Positions 38,683 to 52,558 are shown, counted from the first letter of the stretch. The stretch: DNA of 64,000 nucleotides from Octopus vulgaris (GCA_951406725.2 OX597834.1:38936001-39000000), one strand, 5' to 3'. Notes: generated by a model not told the origin, from the letters alone. Translations and numbers: made by a program.

Positions 38683-38724
38683 GTATCTTTCTGTCGAAGA
38701 GCATAGGCTCGAAACGTAAAATAC
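38683..38724 (+). ncRNA. Minimal hammerhead-like motif (variant core), probable Penelope-like relic
   Basis: CUGUCGA-A-GAGC(AUAG)GCUC-GAAA-CGUA; same family as 63150-63185. Confidence 0.4.
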
Positions 38725-38811
38725 TTTTTCTATTCCTGAGCGCTAAACTAATACATTTGTTTGTTTGTACTCCACCAGCCTTCGTCTTTTGTTTATTTCC
38801 GTAAACTTTCC

Positions 38812-38871
<60 letters not shown>

Positions 38872-39392
38872 GACGGGATTCTAGCACTTTCAGTCTACTA
38901 AATCCACTCACAAGGTTTTGGTCGACCTGAGACTGTATGTATGTATGTATGTTTGTGTATTGTGTCCATGTATGTATGTGCGTATATGTATCTTTGAGTT
39001 TGTGTTTCTCTCCCATCACCGCTTGGCAACCGGTGCACGTTTGTTTACGTACCCGTAACTTAGATGCTCGACAAAAGAGAGCGATACCAGATAAGTACCA
39101 GACTTTAAAAAAATAAGAAGTACTCGGGGCTGATACGATCGACTGAACCCCTCAGGGCGGTGCCCCAATGCGGCTGCAGCCCACTGCCTGAAGCTAGTAA
39201 CAGAACGTAAAAAAAAAAACAAACGTTATTTTCCCATTTTCAGAAATTTGCAAAAATCGCTTCCATGAGCCTTCTTTGTACTTATGGCCAAAAAACCCCC
39301 GGTCTCTATATGTCTTACTTGTGAAGGAGCGTGACTTAGCGGTTATAGTATTTGGTTCGTAACCGACGGAGTGTTAGATATGAAGCTACAGA

Positions 39393-39750
39393 AAGGCGGC
39401 GAGCTTGCAGAAACGTTAGCACACCGGACGAAATGATTAGCGATATTTCGTCTGCCGCTACGTTCTGAGTTCAAATTCCGCCGAGGTCGACTTTGCCTTT
39501 CATCCTTTCGGGGTCGATTAAATAAGTACCAGTTACGCACTGGGGTCGATATAATCGACATAATCCGTTTGTCTGTCCTTGTTTGTCCTTTCTGTGTTTA
39601 GCCCCTTGTGGGTAGTAAAGAAATAGGTATTTCGTCTGTCTTTACGTTCTGAGTTCAAATTCCGTCGAGGTCGACTTTGCCTTTCATCTTTCGGGGTCGA
39701 TTAAATAAGTACCAGTTACGCACTGGAGTTGATGTAATCGACTAGGCCAA
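39393..39750 (+). mobile_element. SINE family B, dimeric form (184-bp internal period)
   Basis: Body repeated at 39445 and 39629. Confidence 0.8.
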
Positions 39751-40169
39751 AATTTGAAGCCTATATTTTGAAAACATATTTGAGATACATAAAATGTATA
39801 TCTTTATCAATTAATTAATCAACGCAATTGCTCTCCCTAATTTTTTATGGCTAAAATATAAAGCAAAGATATAAAAATTAATATGTAAAACTAATATATA
39901 TATATATATAATTAAAATATAAACATCAACTCATAAAAAACAAAATATATGAATTAATAAAAACTAGAATATAAAAAACTGATATAAAAATTAATATCTA
40001 TAAAAAAATAAAATATATAAAAATTATGATATAAAAAAATATATAGAACTAAAATAAATATATAAACATATATATATATTAAATTAAAATATAAAATTAA
40101 AATGTGCAAAAAATAATAAATAAAACTGAAACATAAAATTACAATATTTAAAAATTATGTACATAAAAG

Positions 40170-40175
40170 TAATAT

Positions 40176-40234
<59 letters not shown>

Positions 40235-40322
40235 CACATACTTATGTACACGCACGCTTACGTATTTATATATATATATACACACATACATACATATATG
40301 TATATATATACATGCTCATAAT

Positions 40323-40365
<43 letters not shown>

Positions 40366-40519
40366 CATACACACACATATATACATACATATATACATAC
40401 ATATGTATATATATGTATATATATATATGCATATATATATATATATATATACATGTAGATATATGTGTATGTATGTATGTATGTATGTATGTATGTATGT
40501 ATGTATGTATGTATGTATG

Positions 40520-40582
<63 letters not shown>

Positions 40583-41957
40583 CATAAACATTAAAATATA
40601 AAGTGATTTTTTTCTCCACTCTTAAAAAACAAAATGTAAACTATTCCAGGAATTCCTCGCAAAGTTGTTATTCTAAACTCCATTAATGGGTGCAGCAGTA
40701 ATTTAGCGGAGGTGTGGGCGGAGGCGGTGGCGGCGTCGGTAACGATGGTGTTGTTGATGGTTGTGGCGGTGGTGGTGACGAGATGGTATTGGTGATGGTG
40801 ATAGCGATGATGATAGTGATGACGATGGTGGTGTTATGATTGTGATGGTGTTGGTGTCATGATGGTAATGCTGGTGGTGCTGGTTATGATGATGATGATG
40901 ATGATGATGGTATGATTGAGATGGTATTGGCGGTGGTTGCGGTGGTGCTAATAATGGTATTTGTGATGGTAGTGGTTGTTATGGTTTCGGCGACGGTTGT
41001 GGTGTTGGTGGTAGTATTATTACAATAGTGTCGTTTAGTAGTATAGGCGGTAGAACTGATGGTGTTGGTGATGATCATATCGGTGGTATTGGTGGTAGTA
41101 TTAACAGTAGTCTTAGTCGAGCTGCTGGTGTCAGCGGTGGAGGTAGTAGTATTGATGGCGAGGGTGGTGGTGGTAATGGTGGTTGTGGTGGTAGTGGCAT
41201 TTGTGGTACTGGTGTTGGTGGTAGTGGTGTTGATGGTAGTGGTGTTGATGGTAGTGGTGTTGATGGTAGTGGTGTTGATGGTAGTGGTGTTGATGGTAGT
41301 GGTGTTGATGGTAGTGGTGTTGGTGGTAGTGGTGTTGATGGTAGTGGTGTTGATGGTAGTGGTGTTGTGGTAGTGGTGTTAGTGGTAGTGGTGTTGTTGG
41401 TTGTAGTAGTGGTGGTAGTGGTGTTGGTGGTAGTGTTGTTGATGGCAGTGGTGGTGTTGGTGGTGCTGGTGTTGGTGGAAGTGGTATTGGTCATAGTGGT
41501 GATGGTAGTGTCGATGGTATTGATGTTGGTGATGGTAGCTGTGGTGTTGGTGGTGGTGGTGGAGGTGTTGGTAGTAGTGATGTTGGTTGTAGTGGTGGTG
41601 GTGGGATTGGTTATAGTGGTGTTCGTGGCAGTGGTGGTGGTAGTGGTACTGATGGTGGTGGTGGTAATGCTATTTGTAGTAGCGGTGGTGGCCTTAGTGG
41701 TGGTGGTACTGCCGGTGATAGTAACAGTGGTGGCTGGTGGTAGTTGCGATAGCAGAAACGGTAATAGTGTTGCTGATAATTATTACAGTATTGGTAACGG
41801 TGGTAGTAACGGTGGTAGTAACGGTGGTAGCTGCAGTGACGGCGACGGTGTTGGCGGCATTACGGGCGGTGTTGCTAGCGCTGAGGGTTGCGTGCGCGCT
41901 AACGAGTGTATGTATATGTGTATGTATATGTGTGTGTATTATGTGTGTGTGTGTGTA

Positions 41958-42015
<58 letters not shown>
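40170..42015. repeat. Low-complexity block: (TA/CA/TATG)n, GGT/GAT-rich degenerate repeats, 15-bp ggtagtggtgttgat array
   Basis: Directly visible; source of the poly-V/poly-T ORFs. Confidence 0.9.
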
Positions 42016-42016
<1 letters not shown>

Positions 42017-42205
42017 TTGTATTCCCAGCAACTGTTTACTACACAACATCGACACTTCACTTTATAACACCACGTCGGCTCCCTTTGATGTCGGCAAACT
42101 TCAAAGCAGACTTAGACTAAAGTCATGCCGCCTCTCTTTCTATGTTGGGTCAGTTTACATTAGGGGGCAGGAAAGGGGTGGAGAAGGAGGAAGAGGCAAG
42201 GAGAC

Positions 42206-42242
<37 letters not shown>

Positions 42243-43147
42243 CAGACAGAGTGAGTGTGGGTGGGGGAGGGGGAGACCTGCAGGGTTACTTCAATATAAC
42301 ATTCAATTGACGAGTAACGGTACCTTATAACTTTCAAGCAAGATAGATGCAGAAATATATATATATATAAGTATGCGTGTATGTGTATCCAGATGTATGT
42401 ATGTATATATATATATATATATGTTACCTATGTGTATATATATATATATATACATGCACACATGCACACATACATACAACACCCTTCCTTTCGTCTTTCT
42501 CTATTCTAACTTTTCTTAGCTTCCTTAATCCTTCTTTAATATATTTCTGTCTGTCTAGAAGTCTATCTGTTTGTCTGTCTGTCTGTCTGTGTCTCTACGT
42601 ATGTATGTATGTATGTATGTATGTATGTATGTATGTATGTATGTATGTATGTATGTATGTATGCATGTATGTATGTATATCATTCTTTCTTTCTTTCTCT
42701 CTCTCTCTCTCTCTCTGTCCCTCTCTCTCTGTCCCTCTCTCTCTCTCTATCAAAACTTCTAAATATTCCTTGCAGATTGAAACAAACAGCGTACACACTC
42801 ACACACATTCATATTCCACCCTCTCTTTCTCTCTCGCTCTCTGTTACGTAAGTGTGTATGTGTATGTGTGTATGTATGCATATACATATGAAAATATGTA
42901 TGTATGTATATATATATATATATATATATGTATATACATACATACATATTTTCATATGTTTATACATACATACATACATACATACATACATGCATATATA
43001 TATCTATTTATATAGTCAGGCACAGATAGATAGATACATACATATGCACGTCTATGGGTACATAATAGAGAGAGAAAGTACTCAATACATTGTGTGCACA
43101 TTGTATTTTTAAACTGTTAACAATTCAGATAAAATTTGATACATTAC

Positions 43148-43204
<57 letters not shown>

Positions 43205-43354
43205 GAAAATACGTTTATAGTCTTCTAGCTGTCTTTTACGAATGGAGATGTAACTTAAGTTGTTGGTAAAGTTGCTTCGCATTAGTCGTTCGTGGGTTGT
43301 GTTTTTACTTGTCAGGCTAGTGACACTGCCAACATTAAACGAAACCATTAACTT

Positions 43355-43454
43355 NNNNNNNNNNNNNNNNNNNNNNNNNNNNNNNNNNNNNNNNNNNNNN
43401 NNNNNNNNNNNNNNNNNNNNNNNNNNNNNNNNNNNNNNNNNNNNNNNNNNNNNN
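43355..43454. other. Assembly gap (100 N)
   Basis: Run of exactly 100 n. Confidence 0.99.
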
Positions 43455-43628
43455 TGCCAAACGTCCTTGAAATTGCCATCTTGAAATTATGAAAAATTCG
43501 GTAGACAAGATAATAAAATGGTGGATAACGGATGGTTACGTCAGGAGTTATTTTTGAAATCGTATGTATGTATGTATGTATGTATGTATGTATGTATGTA
43601 TGTATGTATGTATGTATGTATCTATGTA

Positions 43629-43770
43629 GTGGAGGCACATGGCCTAGTGGTTAGAGCAGCGGACTCGCGGTCGAGGGATCGCGGGTTCGAATCTCGGACA
43701 GGGTGATGTGTGTGTTTATGATCGAAACACCTAAGCTCCACGCGGCTCCGGCAGAAGGTAATGGCATTTA
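43629..43770 (+). mobile_element. tRNA(Arg-like)-derived SINE head (family F), 3'-truncated
   Basis: tggcctagtggttagagcagcggacTCGcggtcgagggatcgcgggttcgaatctc; A and B boxes intact; continues into the body shared with 19858-20136. Confidence 0.75.
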
Positions 43771-43882
43771 TTCATTTACTGCCGACTGAAACTGCGCTTG
43801 CGCGGTGAATTAAAAAAAATTATAATGTATAACCATGAGACACGTGTTATTTGTCTCTTAATTATATGTTAGTGTTATGGCG

Positions 43883-43954
43883 CGGTCACTGATGAGAAAT
43901 TCGCCTAGCAAATTTTTGTAATTGCTAAAAAAATTTGAAACCTAGGTCTGACCG
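43883..43954 (+). ncRNA. Type I hammerhead ribozyme motif
   Basis: Helix I CGGUCA/UGACCG (6 bp), core CUGAUGA (43889-43895), AU-rich helix II, GAAA (43937-43940), palindromic helix III ACCUAGGU, GUC cleavage triplet; AATAAA immediately downstream. Confidence 0.72.
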
Positions 43955-44386
43955 GAATAAAATAACAAGGTAAAAGTTTTTATTTTTCATTCCTTTTGAA
44001 GATTGTTCTTAAATGTGGTTTTGGTTGTTTTGACCAAAAAGGAAGAGACACATACATACACGCACTTATACATACACGCACTCATACATACATGCACTCA
44101 TACATACATACGTATATACATACACATACACACATACATACATGGTGGTTGTCTACCCCTTATACATACATATACATTTGATACCTACATACATACACAC
44201 ACACATACATACATACATACATACACGCACTTATACATACACGCACTCATACATATATACATACATACATATATACATACATATACACACATACATACAT
44301 GGTGGTTGTCTACCCCTTATACATACATATACATTTGATACTTACCTACATACCTACCTACATACATACATACATACATACATACA

Positions 44387-44418
<32 letters not shown>

Positions 44419-44630
44419 CATACAGGGTTTTTAACAGTTATGCCATACGTACAACTGCGTCGTTCTCCGCCGGTACAGGCGAACTTCCTCGAGGGTGGAG
44501 ACGTGGAAATGATGCACTTATTATTATATTCGAGAGAATTTGGTTACTGTTGTTGTTCTTGCATGAGCTTATGCGGTTTGAGAAAGAATGTGGATGTTAC
44601 CAGATGAAGCAGAGAAGGCGAGAGAGAGGC

Positions 44631-44661
<31 letters not shown>

Positions 44662-44984
44662 GAGAGAGAGAGAGTAAGAGAGAGAGAGTGGGAGCGAGCG
44701 AAAGAGAGAAGGGATTAGTAGCTTAGCATAGCACCAACTAGAAGGATTAATAGGCTGTTGACTAGGTTTTAGAAAGTCGTTAGCGATATACCATATAGTT
44801 ATGGAATCCAAACCGTACACAGAACCCAGAGCGTGTGTGCGTGTGTATACTGTGGCTGAGTGTCTATATGTGTGTGAGTGTGTATACGTGTGCGTGTAAG
44901 GGTGTAAACAAAACAGAAGAAAGTAGCACTTAAAAAATTTGGTTGAAGTTACAGTTATTTAATAACGGGTTTTCACTCAACTTC

Positions 44985-45104
44985 ACATGACTTAAAGTTT
45001 CATGTGTATGTAGAGTTTGTCTGCCTCATCAGATGTCCGGCATCCTGCTCTGAATATCTGATGAGATAAGCATGTCCTGCTCGCCCACGAAATGTGCAAT
45101 CATG
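44985..45104. ncRNA. Pair of divergent hammerhead-like motifs (- strand 44985-45036; + strand 45055-45104)
   Basis: Minus: ACAU-CUGAUGA-N24-GAAA-CUUUAAG-UC-AUGU; plus: UAU-CUGAUGA-N24-GAAA-UGUGCAA-UC-AUG; helix II poorly paired in both. Confidence 0.45.
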
Positions 45105-45413
45105 ATATATGGTGATTATCTGCAATGATATTGGTTATTTGTCTTCGTAGATATTGTTATTTTGGCTTGGATAACGCTTAGAGAATGGTGCCTAGTTTTG
45201 GGAAATTTTGTGGTACACACGCACACGCGCGCGCGCACATACACACACATGTGCGTGGCTGTGTGATAAGGAGTTTGTTTCAGAGCCACATGGTTTCGGG
45301 TTCAGTCCCATTGCGTGGCACCTTAGGTAAGTGTCTTCTGCTATAGCCTCGGGGTGACCATAGCCATGTGAGTAGATTTTGTAGACGGAAGCTAAAAGAA
45401 TATATATATATGT

Positions 45414-45466
<53 letters not shown>

Positions 45467-45820
45467 GTGTGTATGTGTATATATATATATAATACACACA
45501 CACACACAAGCACACACATGCCTGCACATACACACACATATACACACATCACGCAATTGTTAAATAAGCTGCTTAGCGTCTAAATCGGCGGGTTATCAGC
45601 GAGCAGTTTAGCTTAGTGGTAAAGCACTTAGTCAGAATCTTGGAGAATGTGAGTTTGAGTCCCATGGCTATTTGTTGTCAACTTTTCCCAGTATTTCTGC
45701 CGTTTTAACAGCAATACTGCGTTCGAAAAATATATTCTTGTTTGTTTCGTACAATACACATTTCGACGCTTCTAATAAAAATACAAGTAAGTTTGTTTAC
45801 GCACACTCACACACACACAC

Positions 45821-45861
<41 letters not shown>

Positions 45862-46214
45862 CACGGATTTAACTAGAATCAAAAAACAAATCCGCCAAAA
45901 GTACGTTGAGCTTTCCATGCTGACGAAGGCATTAAGAATGATGTGTGGAAGTTCGAAGTAATAATTCATTGTTTGTTCCCATCAAACATCTATGCACTCA
46001 CAATATTTACGTGAGAAACGGTTAACTAATTAACTTTCGATGTTCTGTCACTGTCGTTTCTTGGAACGCCTATTCCTTAGTGTTTCAAATGGGGGTTTGC
46101 CCACCCGCGTTCCCTTTTTTTTTATCTATTTTTATTACTATTATTATTTTTTTTAGGAAAAGGAACTTGCAGCGGTATGGTTGCTGCAGAATGGCATTGT
46201 GATGCGAACATAGC

Positions 46215-46593
46215 AGCAATAACAACGGCGATGACAACGAGGATGACGACCACGGCGACGATGAGGATGATAGTGATAACGAAAGCAACGACAATATGAT
46301 GATGATGATGACGATGACGACGACGATGATGACAAGGAGGATAATGGTGATGGTGATAATTGTGATGATGATGATGATGATAATGATGGTGGTGATGATG
46401 ATGATGATGATGATGATTATGATTATGATAATAATAATAATGATGAAGATGATGATGACGACGATGACGACGACGACGATGATGTCAAGGAGGATAATGC
46501 TGATGGTGATAATGGTGGTCATGATGATGATGCTGATGATGAAGCTGATGATGATAGTAATGATGGTGGTGGTGATGATGATGACGATGACGT

Positions 46594-46638
<45 letters not shown>

Positions 46639-46757
46639 CGACGACGATGATGATGATGATAATGATGGTGGTGGTGATGATGATGACGATGACGTTGATG
46701 ATGATGATGATGATGACGACGACGATGATGACAAGGATGATAATGGTGATGGTGATA

Positions 46758-46792
<35 letters not shown>

Positions 46793-47005
46793 AAATGATG
46801 ATGTTGGTGGTGATAATGATCATGACAGTAAATGATGAAGATGACACGGGTGATGATGGTGGTGGTAATGATGATAATGATGCTGACAACGATAGTGAAT
46901 GATGATGACGATGTTGACAAGGGTGATGACAAGGATGATGATGATGATGGTGAGAGTGGTGATTATAATGATGATGATGGTGATGATGACGACGATGATG
47001 GTGAA
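46215..47005. repeat. (GAT/GAC/AAT)n degenerate trinucleotide block
   Basis: Directly visible. Confidence 0.92.
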
Positions 47006-47251
47006 CTGATATGAGGTCATAACAACGTAGCTGCGAGTCAAAATATCTTTTATCGATGAAGGAACTAAAACGAAGAATGGTAAGAAGCGTGTCAACCACA
47101 AGACAGCCACCCCATCCACCATCACCTCTCCCCGCCTTTCTCCACCTCTCCTCGCCTCACCCTCCCCTTAATCAAATGTGGAGCAGCAGAAAGAGAAAAA
47201 TCAGCAGGATACACACACACACAAATATATAGCTATATACATGAGTGTATG

Positions 47252-47302
<51 letters not shown>

Positions 47303-48813
47303 GATATATATAATGCGTGTGTATATGCGTTTACATATATGCATGCACACACACACACATATATATATGTGCATATAGATGCATATATATGTATATATAT
47401 ATATATATAAATATATGTTACATATAAATATATATACACACACATATATGCGTATATATATATGTATATATGTACATATATATATATATATATATATATA
47501 GGCGTACACACACACACAGATGCATATATATGTATATAGATAGATAGAAAGATAGATAGATAGATAGACACACAGACATACATGCACACAAACACACACA
47601 TATATATACATACATACACATACACACAAACACACATGTATATACAAGCGTACATATATAAATTCCCCCATATATACATATATACATACACACACAAACA
47701 CACACACATACACACCTAGGCACATATAGAAATGCCAGAAAACTCTCAGCATTGAGTGAGGTTTTGTTTAGGGCGAGCGTCTGACGGAAAAGTTGGTGTC
47801 GACAAGATTCGACTGCGAAAGTGTCATCAAAAGCCAGCCATATTAACGCAAGAAACAGAAAGGCAGACCGACATTCAGACAAACGGGCAAAGAAGAACAA
47901 ATAAAAACAAATAAAGACAAACATATAAACAACCAGCCAACCCCCCAACAAATAACAAATAAATAAGCTAGTAAATAAATAAACAAAATAAAAAAAAAAC
48001 GAACTAAAATAAGATAGATAATATAAATGTGACAAGAAGGGAAGGTTTGAAGGGGAACAAAAGGTTTGATCCAGGTGACACGCAATCTCCAGTGTTGGGT
48101 CGTAAGAGGAACTTGAGAAAATGGAATTCTTCTTGCCTGCAATGACAGAATCTCAGCTGCTAACTGTGTCATGCTGTTACGAACGGCTAACAACTGCCGT
48201 TTCTTCCCCGAGCAGCGTGAATCCGCGATGTTTAAGTCTTTTGCGACTCGCTCACTCTGATTTCTCCTCCGGTGCCTTGTGGTGTTTGGTAAAAAGGTTT
48301 TAGTTATATACATCTCTCTAACTTTCTCTCACTCTCTCTTTACTTTTCTTTCTTTCTCTCTCTCTCTCTCTCTTTCTCTGTATACTTTGTCTTTTCCTCA
48401 CTCTGTCTCTCTAACTTTCTTTCTGTCACTCTGTCACTCTCTCTCACACACTCTTTTTCTCATACACTCCCTCTCTCACACTCTCCCTCTCTCATACTGT
48501 CTCACACACTCTTTCTCTTACTCTCTCCTTATCTTACTTTCTCTCTTTCATTCTCTTCTCTCCTCACTCTCTTCCAATCTCTGTCTTACTTTCTTCTCTT
48601 CCCTCCCCTCCCCTTCTCTCTTTCCTTCTCTCTCTCCTCTTCTCTCTATCCTTCCTCTCTCCCACCTTCCTCTCTCATACTCCCTCCTCTCTCTTTGCCT
48701 TCCTCTCTCTTTGCCTCCCTCCTCTCTTAATATAATGGTAATTCCTGAGAAAGTTCCATCCGACTACTTTTACATTGAGCTGTCGCTGTTAAGCGATTCA
48801 CACACACACATAC

Positions 48814-48848
<35 letters not shown>

Positions 48849-49149
48849 AACACACACACACAAACACACACACACACACATACACACGCACACCCATGCT
48901 CCCTCCCGTCATCCCCTTCATCTACGACACCCACTTCTCCACCCCAGTGCACCTCAAAACATTACTCCCCCCCCGTCACCAAACAGGGTAACCAGTCTTA
49001 ATATTATTCCCTTCGTTGTCCCCAAACAGTGAGATTCCTAACCTTGTCTCTAGGCTCACCAGGGTCCTTCATTTCTCTGTCAGGTACCACTACATGACAC
49101 GCACAGACATGTACACACACGCACACAAACACGTGCTCGCACACACACA

Positions 49150-49209
<60 letters not shown>

Positions 49210-49529
49210 AACACACACACATACAATTACAGATGCAAACGCATGTGCAAATAAAGACACACATCATAGGAGAACAGAATGGACTAAGCGGAGCAGGGGC
49301 ACACACGAGGACGGAAATTGTCGCTGAAGAGGTCACAGATATGTGACGAAAGATTTCCGGACAATGGATATGAGTTAAAATAAGAACAGTAAAAAAACGA
49401 GTGAAGAACGAATATATAGTACGTGTGTTTATTTACTAAAAAAAAAAATGACCGTTCCGAAATACAACAATATTTGTTTCAACACACGGTTTCACATCAC
49501 GAATCTTGCAATACAAATTCATAAACTTT

Positions 49530-49583
<54 letters not shown>

Positions 49584-49584
<1 letters not shown>

Positions 49585-49755
49585 ATATGTGACAATTATT
49601 CAATAGTCAAGATAAAACTCTGAGTTTCGGATGCCGAGGTGGAAATCCACACCATCTCTTCAGGCCAGATAACCGAAGACCAGGTGTTGTTTATTTCCAC
49701 CTCGGCATCCGAAGCTCAGAGTTTTATCTTGGCTATTGAATAATTGTCACATATT
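49584..49755. repeat. Palindrome, ~63-bp arms, between (TA)n tracts
   Basis: aatatgtgacaattattcaatag.caagataaaactctgag.ttcggatgccgaggtggaaat and its reverse complement, 2 mismatches. Confidence 0.85.
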
Positions 49756-49803
49756 AATTTACAGATTAAATTTCCTCTATTTACATAATATTGAGGTCTC
49801 TTT

Positions 49804-49908
<105 letters not shown>

Positions 49909-50924
49909 CGAACTCAAGACACGAGTGTATATGTTTTATTATTGTGGTCGGCAGAACATGTTTCATAAGTGTCATTCACGAAACTCTCGACCTTTGAGTA
50001 ACTCTGTAAGTTCTGTGAATGAAAATAACACACACACATACACACATATATATGTAAGGTAAAGACTCTTTTCAAGGATCAATGGCCATGGGGTGTATGT
50101 AGCAAGAGGATGGGGAGAGCGGAGGGTGAGTAATTGCGAGAGATGAGAGAGAGAGCGATAGAGAGGGCGAAGGAGAGAGAGAGGAGAAGAAATGAGAGAG
50201 AGGAATAGAAGAGAGAGAGAGGAAGGGTGAGAATAAAAGAGGGAGAGAGAATAGAGGGAGAAGGAGAGTGGTGAGAGAGGATGAGTAGAGAGAAAGGGAG
50301 AAAGGGAGAGAGCAAAAGAGAGAGGGAGAGTAGGGAGAGAGGGAGAGTAGAGAGACAAGGAGAGCAGAGAGAAAAACGGAGAGAGTAAAAGAGGGAATGA
50401 GAGTGGAGAGAGGGAGAGTGGAGAGCTAGGGAGAGCAGAGAGAAGAGGGAGGGTAGTGAAAAAGGAAGAGTAGAGAGCAGAGGGAGAGTAAGGCTGATAG
50501 ATGAGGAGGAGGAGGCGGAGGAAAGATGAACGGATGCTGTTTTAACGAATAAGAGACGAGACAAGGAGCAGACATTACAAATAATGCGGAGTCGTATTTA
50601 TACATATAGGGGGCGGTTATTAGGTGGGAGCACAGGCTGGATTGTCTTTATTTCGAGTTTTACCAAACAATTACTGAGAAAAAAGGGAGAGTTATATATT
50701 TAACCCCAAGTAAATCCTGATCCAGCAAGTCTCTCATCAAATACCAACCAGCTGTGGCCGCCGCATATATATATCTATTTTTTCAGGAAATATTTAATTT
50801 GATTATAGGATCTAATGAACTTTCTTTTGTGAGACGGCACTGTGTGATTTGAGCGATATTTGACTTGTTTCTAGCTAATTGAAAGACCAGCATACGAGCT
50901 ATTTTATATGTGTTGTACGAGGAA

Positions 50925-50962
<38 letters not shown>

Positions 50963-51003
50963 ATGCGTGCACATAGATGTATATTATAATTATGGTATGT
51001 GTT

Positions 51004-51047
<44 letters not shown>

Positions 51048-51064
51048 CATACATAATTATGGAA

Positions 51065-51118
<54 letters not shown>

Positions 51119-51119
<1 letters not shown>

Positions 51120-51327
51120 TGGGTTGTCCGGAAAGTTCGTGCCGATTTATAGTAGCTTACCCAGGCACCTCAATTCTGGGAAGAGGGTATTTTCAAGTTA
51201 AAGGAAAGATGGAGGCGCACTGTGCAACAAAATGGTTCATATTTGGTTGACTAAAAATATAATGGCAAGTATTCATTGACCTTTTCCTTTCCTTCAAAAA
51301 TCGGCATGAACTTTCCGGACAACCCAA
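51119..51327 (+). mobile_element. Complete non-autonomous mariner derivative (209 bp)
   Basis: TA|TTGGGTTGTCCGGAAAGTTCGTGCCGATTT ... AAATCGGCATGAACTTTCCGGACAACCCAA|TA; retains transposase C-terminus QFWEEGIFKLKERWRRTVQQNGSYLVD*. Confidence 0.92.
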
Positions 51328-51602
51328 TATACATATATGTGTGTGTGCTTGTGTGTGTACGGAGCTAGTAGAGTTAATGTAATAAAGCAGTTCACACACA
51401 CACACACACACATATACGTATATATATATACGACAAGCTTCTTTCAGTTTCCGTCTACCAAACCCACTCAGAAGGCTTTGGTCGGCCCGAGGCTATAGTA
51501 GAAGATACCAACCCAATGTCCACGCAGTGGGACTGAACCTGAAATCATGTGGTTGTTAAGCAAGCTACTTACCACACACCCACCCCTGCATACACCTCAC
51601 AC

Positions 51603-51735
<133 letters not shown>

Positions 51736-52503
51736 GTATATATATATATATACATATGTATATCATACATATGCATATACATATAGCTATGTTAGTATAT
51801 ACAAATGTATATATATATTTAGATATAAAGATAGATAGATAGATAGATAGATAAACAGACAGACAGAATGCGTATGGAGGAGCAGTCGGAGGTAAGGTTG
51901 CAATAAAGGTGTCAGCCGGAGTGGGAGTAGTGGTAGAAGGGTGAGTTGACCAGTTGTAAAGAGTATAGAGACCATGAAATATAGAAAAGACCCCCCCCCA
52001 AAAAAGAACCCAGGAATAATAAAGAGCTGCAGTGGGAGGTAGAATGGGAGGCGTGGTAGGAGGAGTCGATATATTTAATGTGTTTTACACGTGAGGAGGA
52101 GAGAGAGGAGGAGGAGGAGGAAAAGGGGGGGAAATATTAACAGATGTAGGAACAGCGGTTGGAAGGGAGGGGGAGGGTGTTTTGAAGAAGAGGAGAGAAG
52201 TAGTGGGTGGAGGTGGGTGGTTTGAAAACGGACGGTGGGGACGTGGGAGGGGGTTTGAAAGGTGGGGGGAATTGATTGATTATAAAGAAGGGATTGGTCG
52301 GAGGGATTGGAAGGACGTAGGTGGCGGAGGGATTTGGTGAGAAGGTTTGGAACAAGAACAACAACAAAAACACTGCTACGATATTACGATTAAAGATATA
52401 AGATCTAAAAAAATATTGTAATGTAAACGGATAATATTGATATGACAACAATATAACAACAACAACAACAACAACAATAATGATAATAATAATGATGATG
52501 ATG

Positions 52504-52556
<53 letters not shown>

Positions 52557-52558
<2 letters not shown>

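Noticed and set aside
41028-42254. 408-aa Gly/Val-rich ORF resembling a structural or membrane protein
   Set aside because: Built from GGT/GAT low-complexity DNA and (TG)n, with no domain or splice support
43632-43705. Possible tRNA-Arg(TCG) gene (similar heads at 15372, 31090-31163 and 45601)
   Set aside because: Acceptor and anticodon stems do not pair properly and most continue into SINE bodies; treated as SINE heads
46085-47125. Poly-His/Met/Ser ORFs (also 29408-30047, 53157-56456, 59865-60778)
   Set aside because: Trinucleotide microsatellite artefacts
47843-48313. 156-aa minus-strand ORF in unique sequence
   Set aside because: No recognisable homology or convincing splice sites; C-terminal part is low complexity
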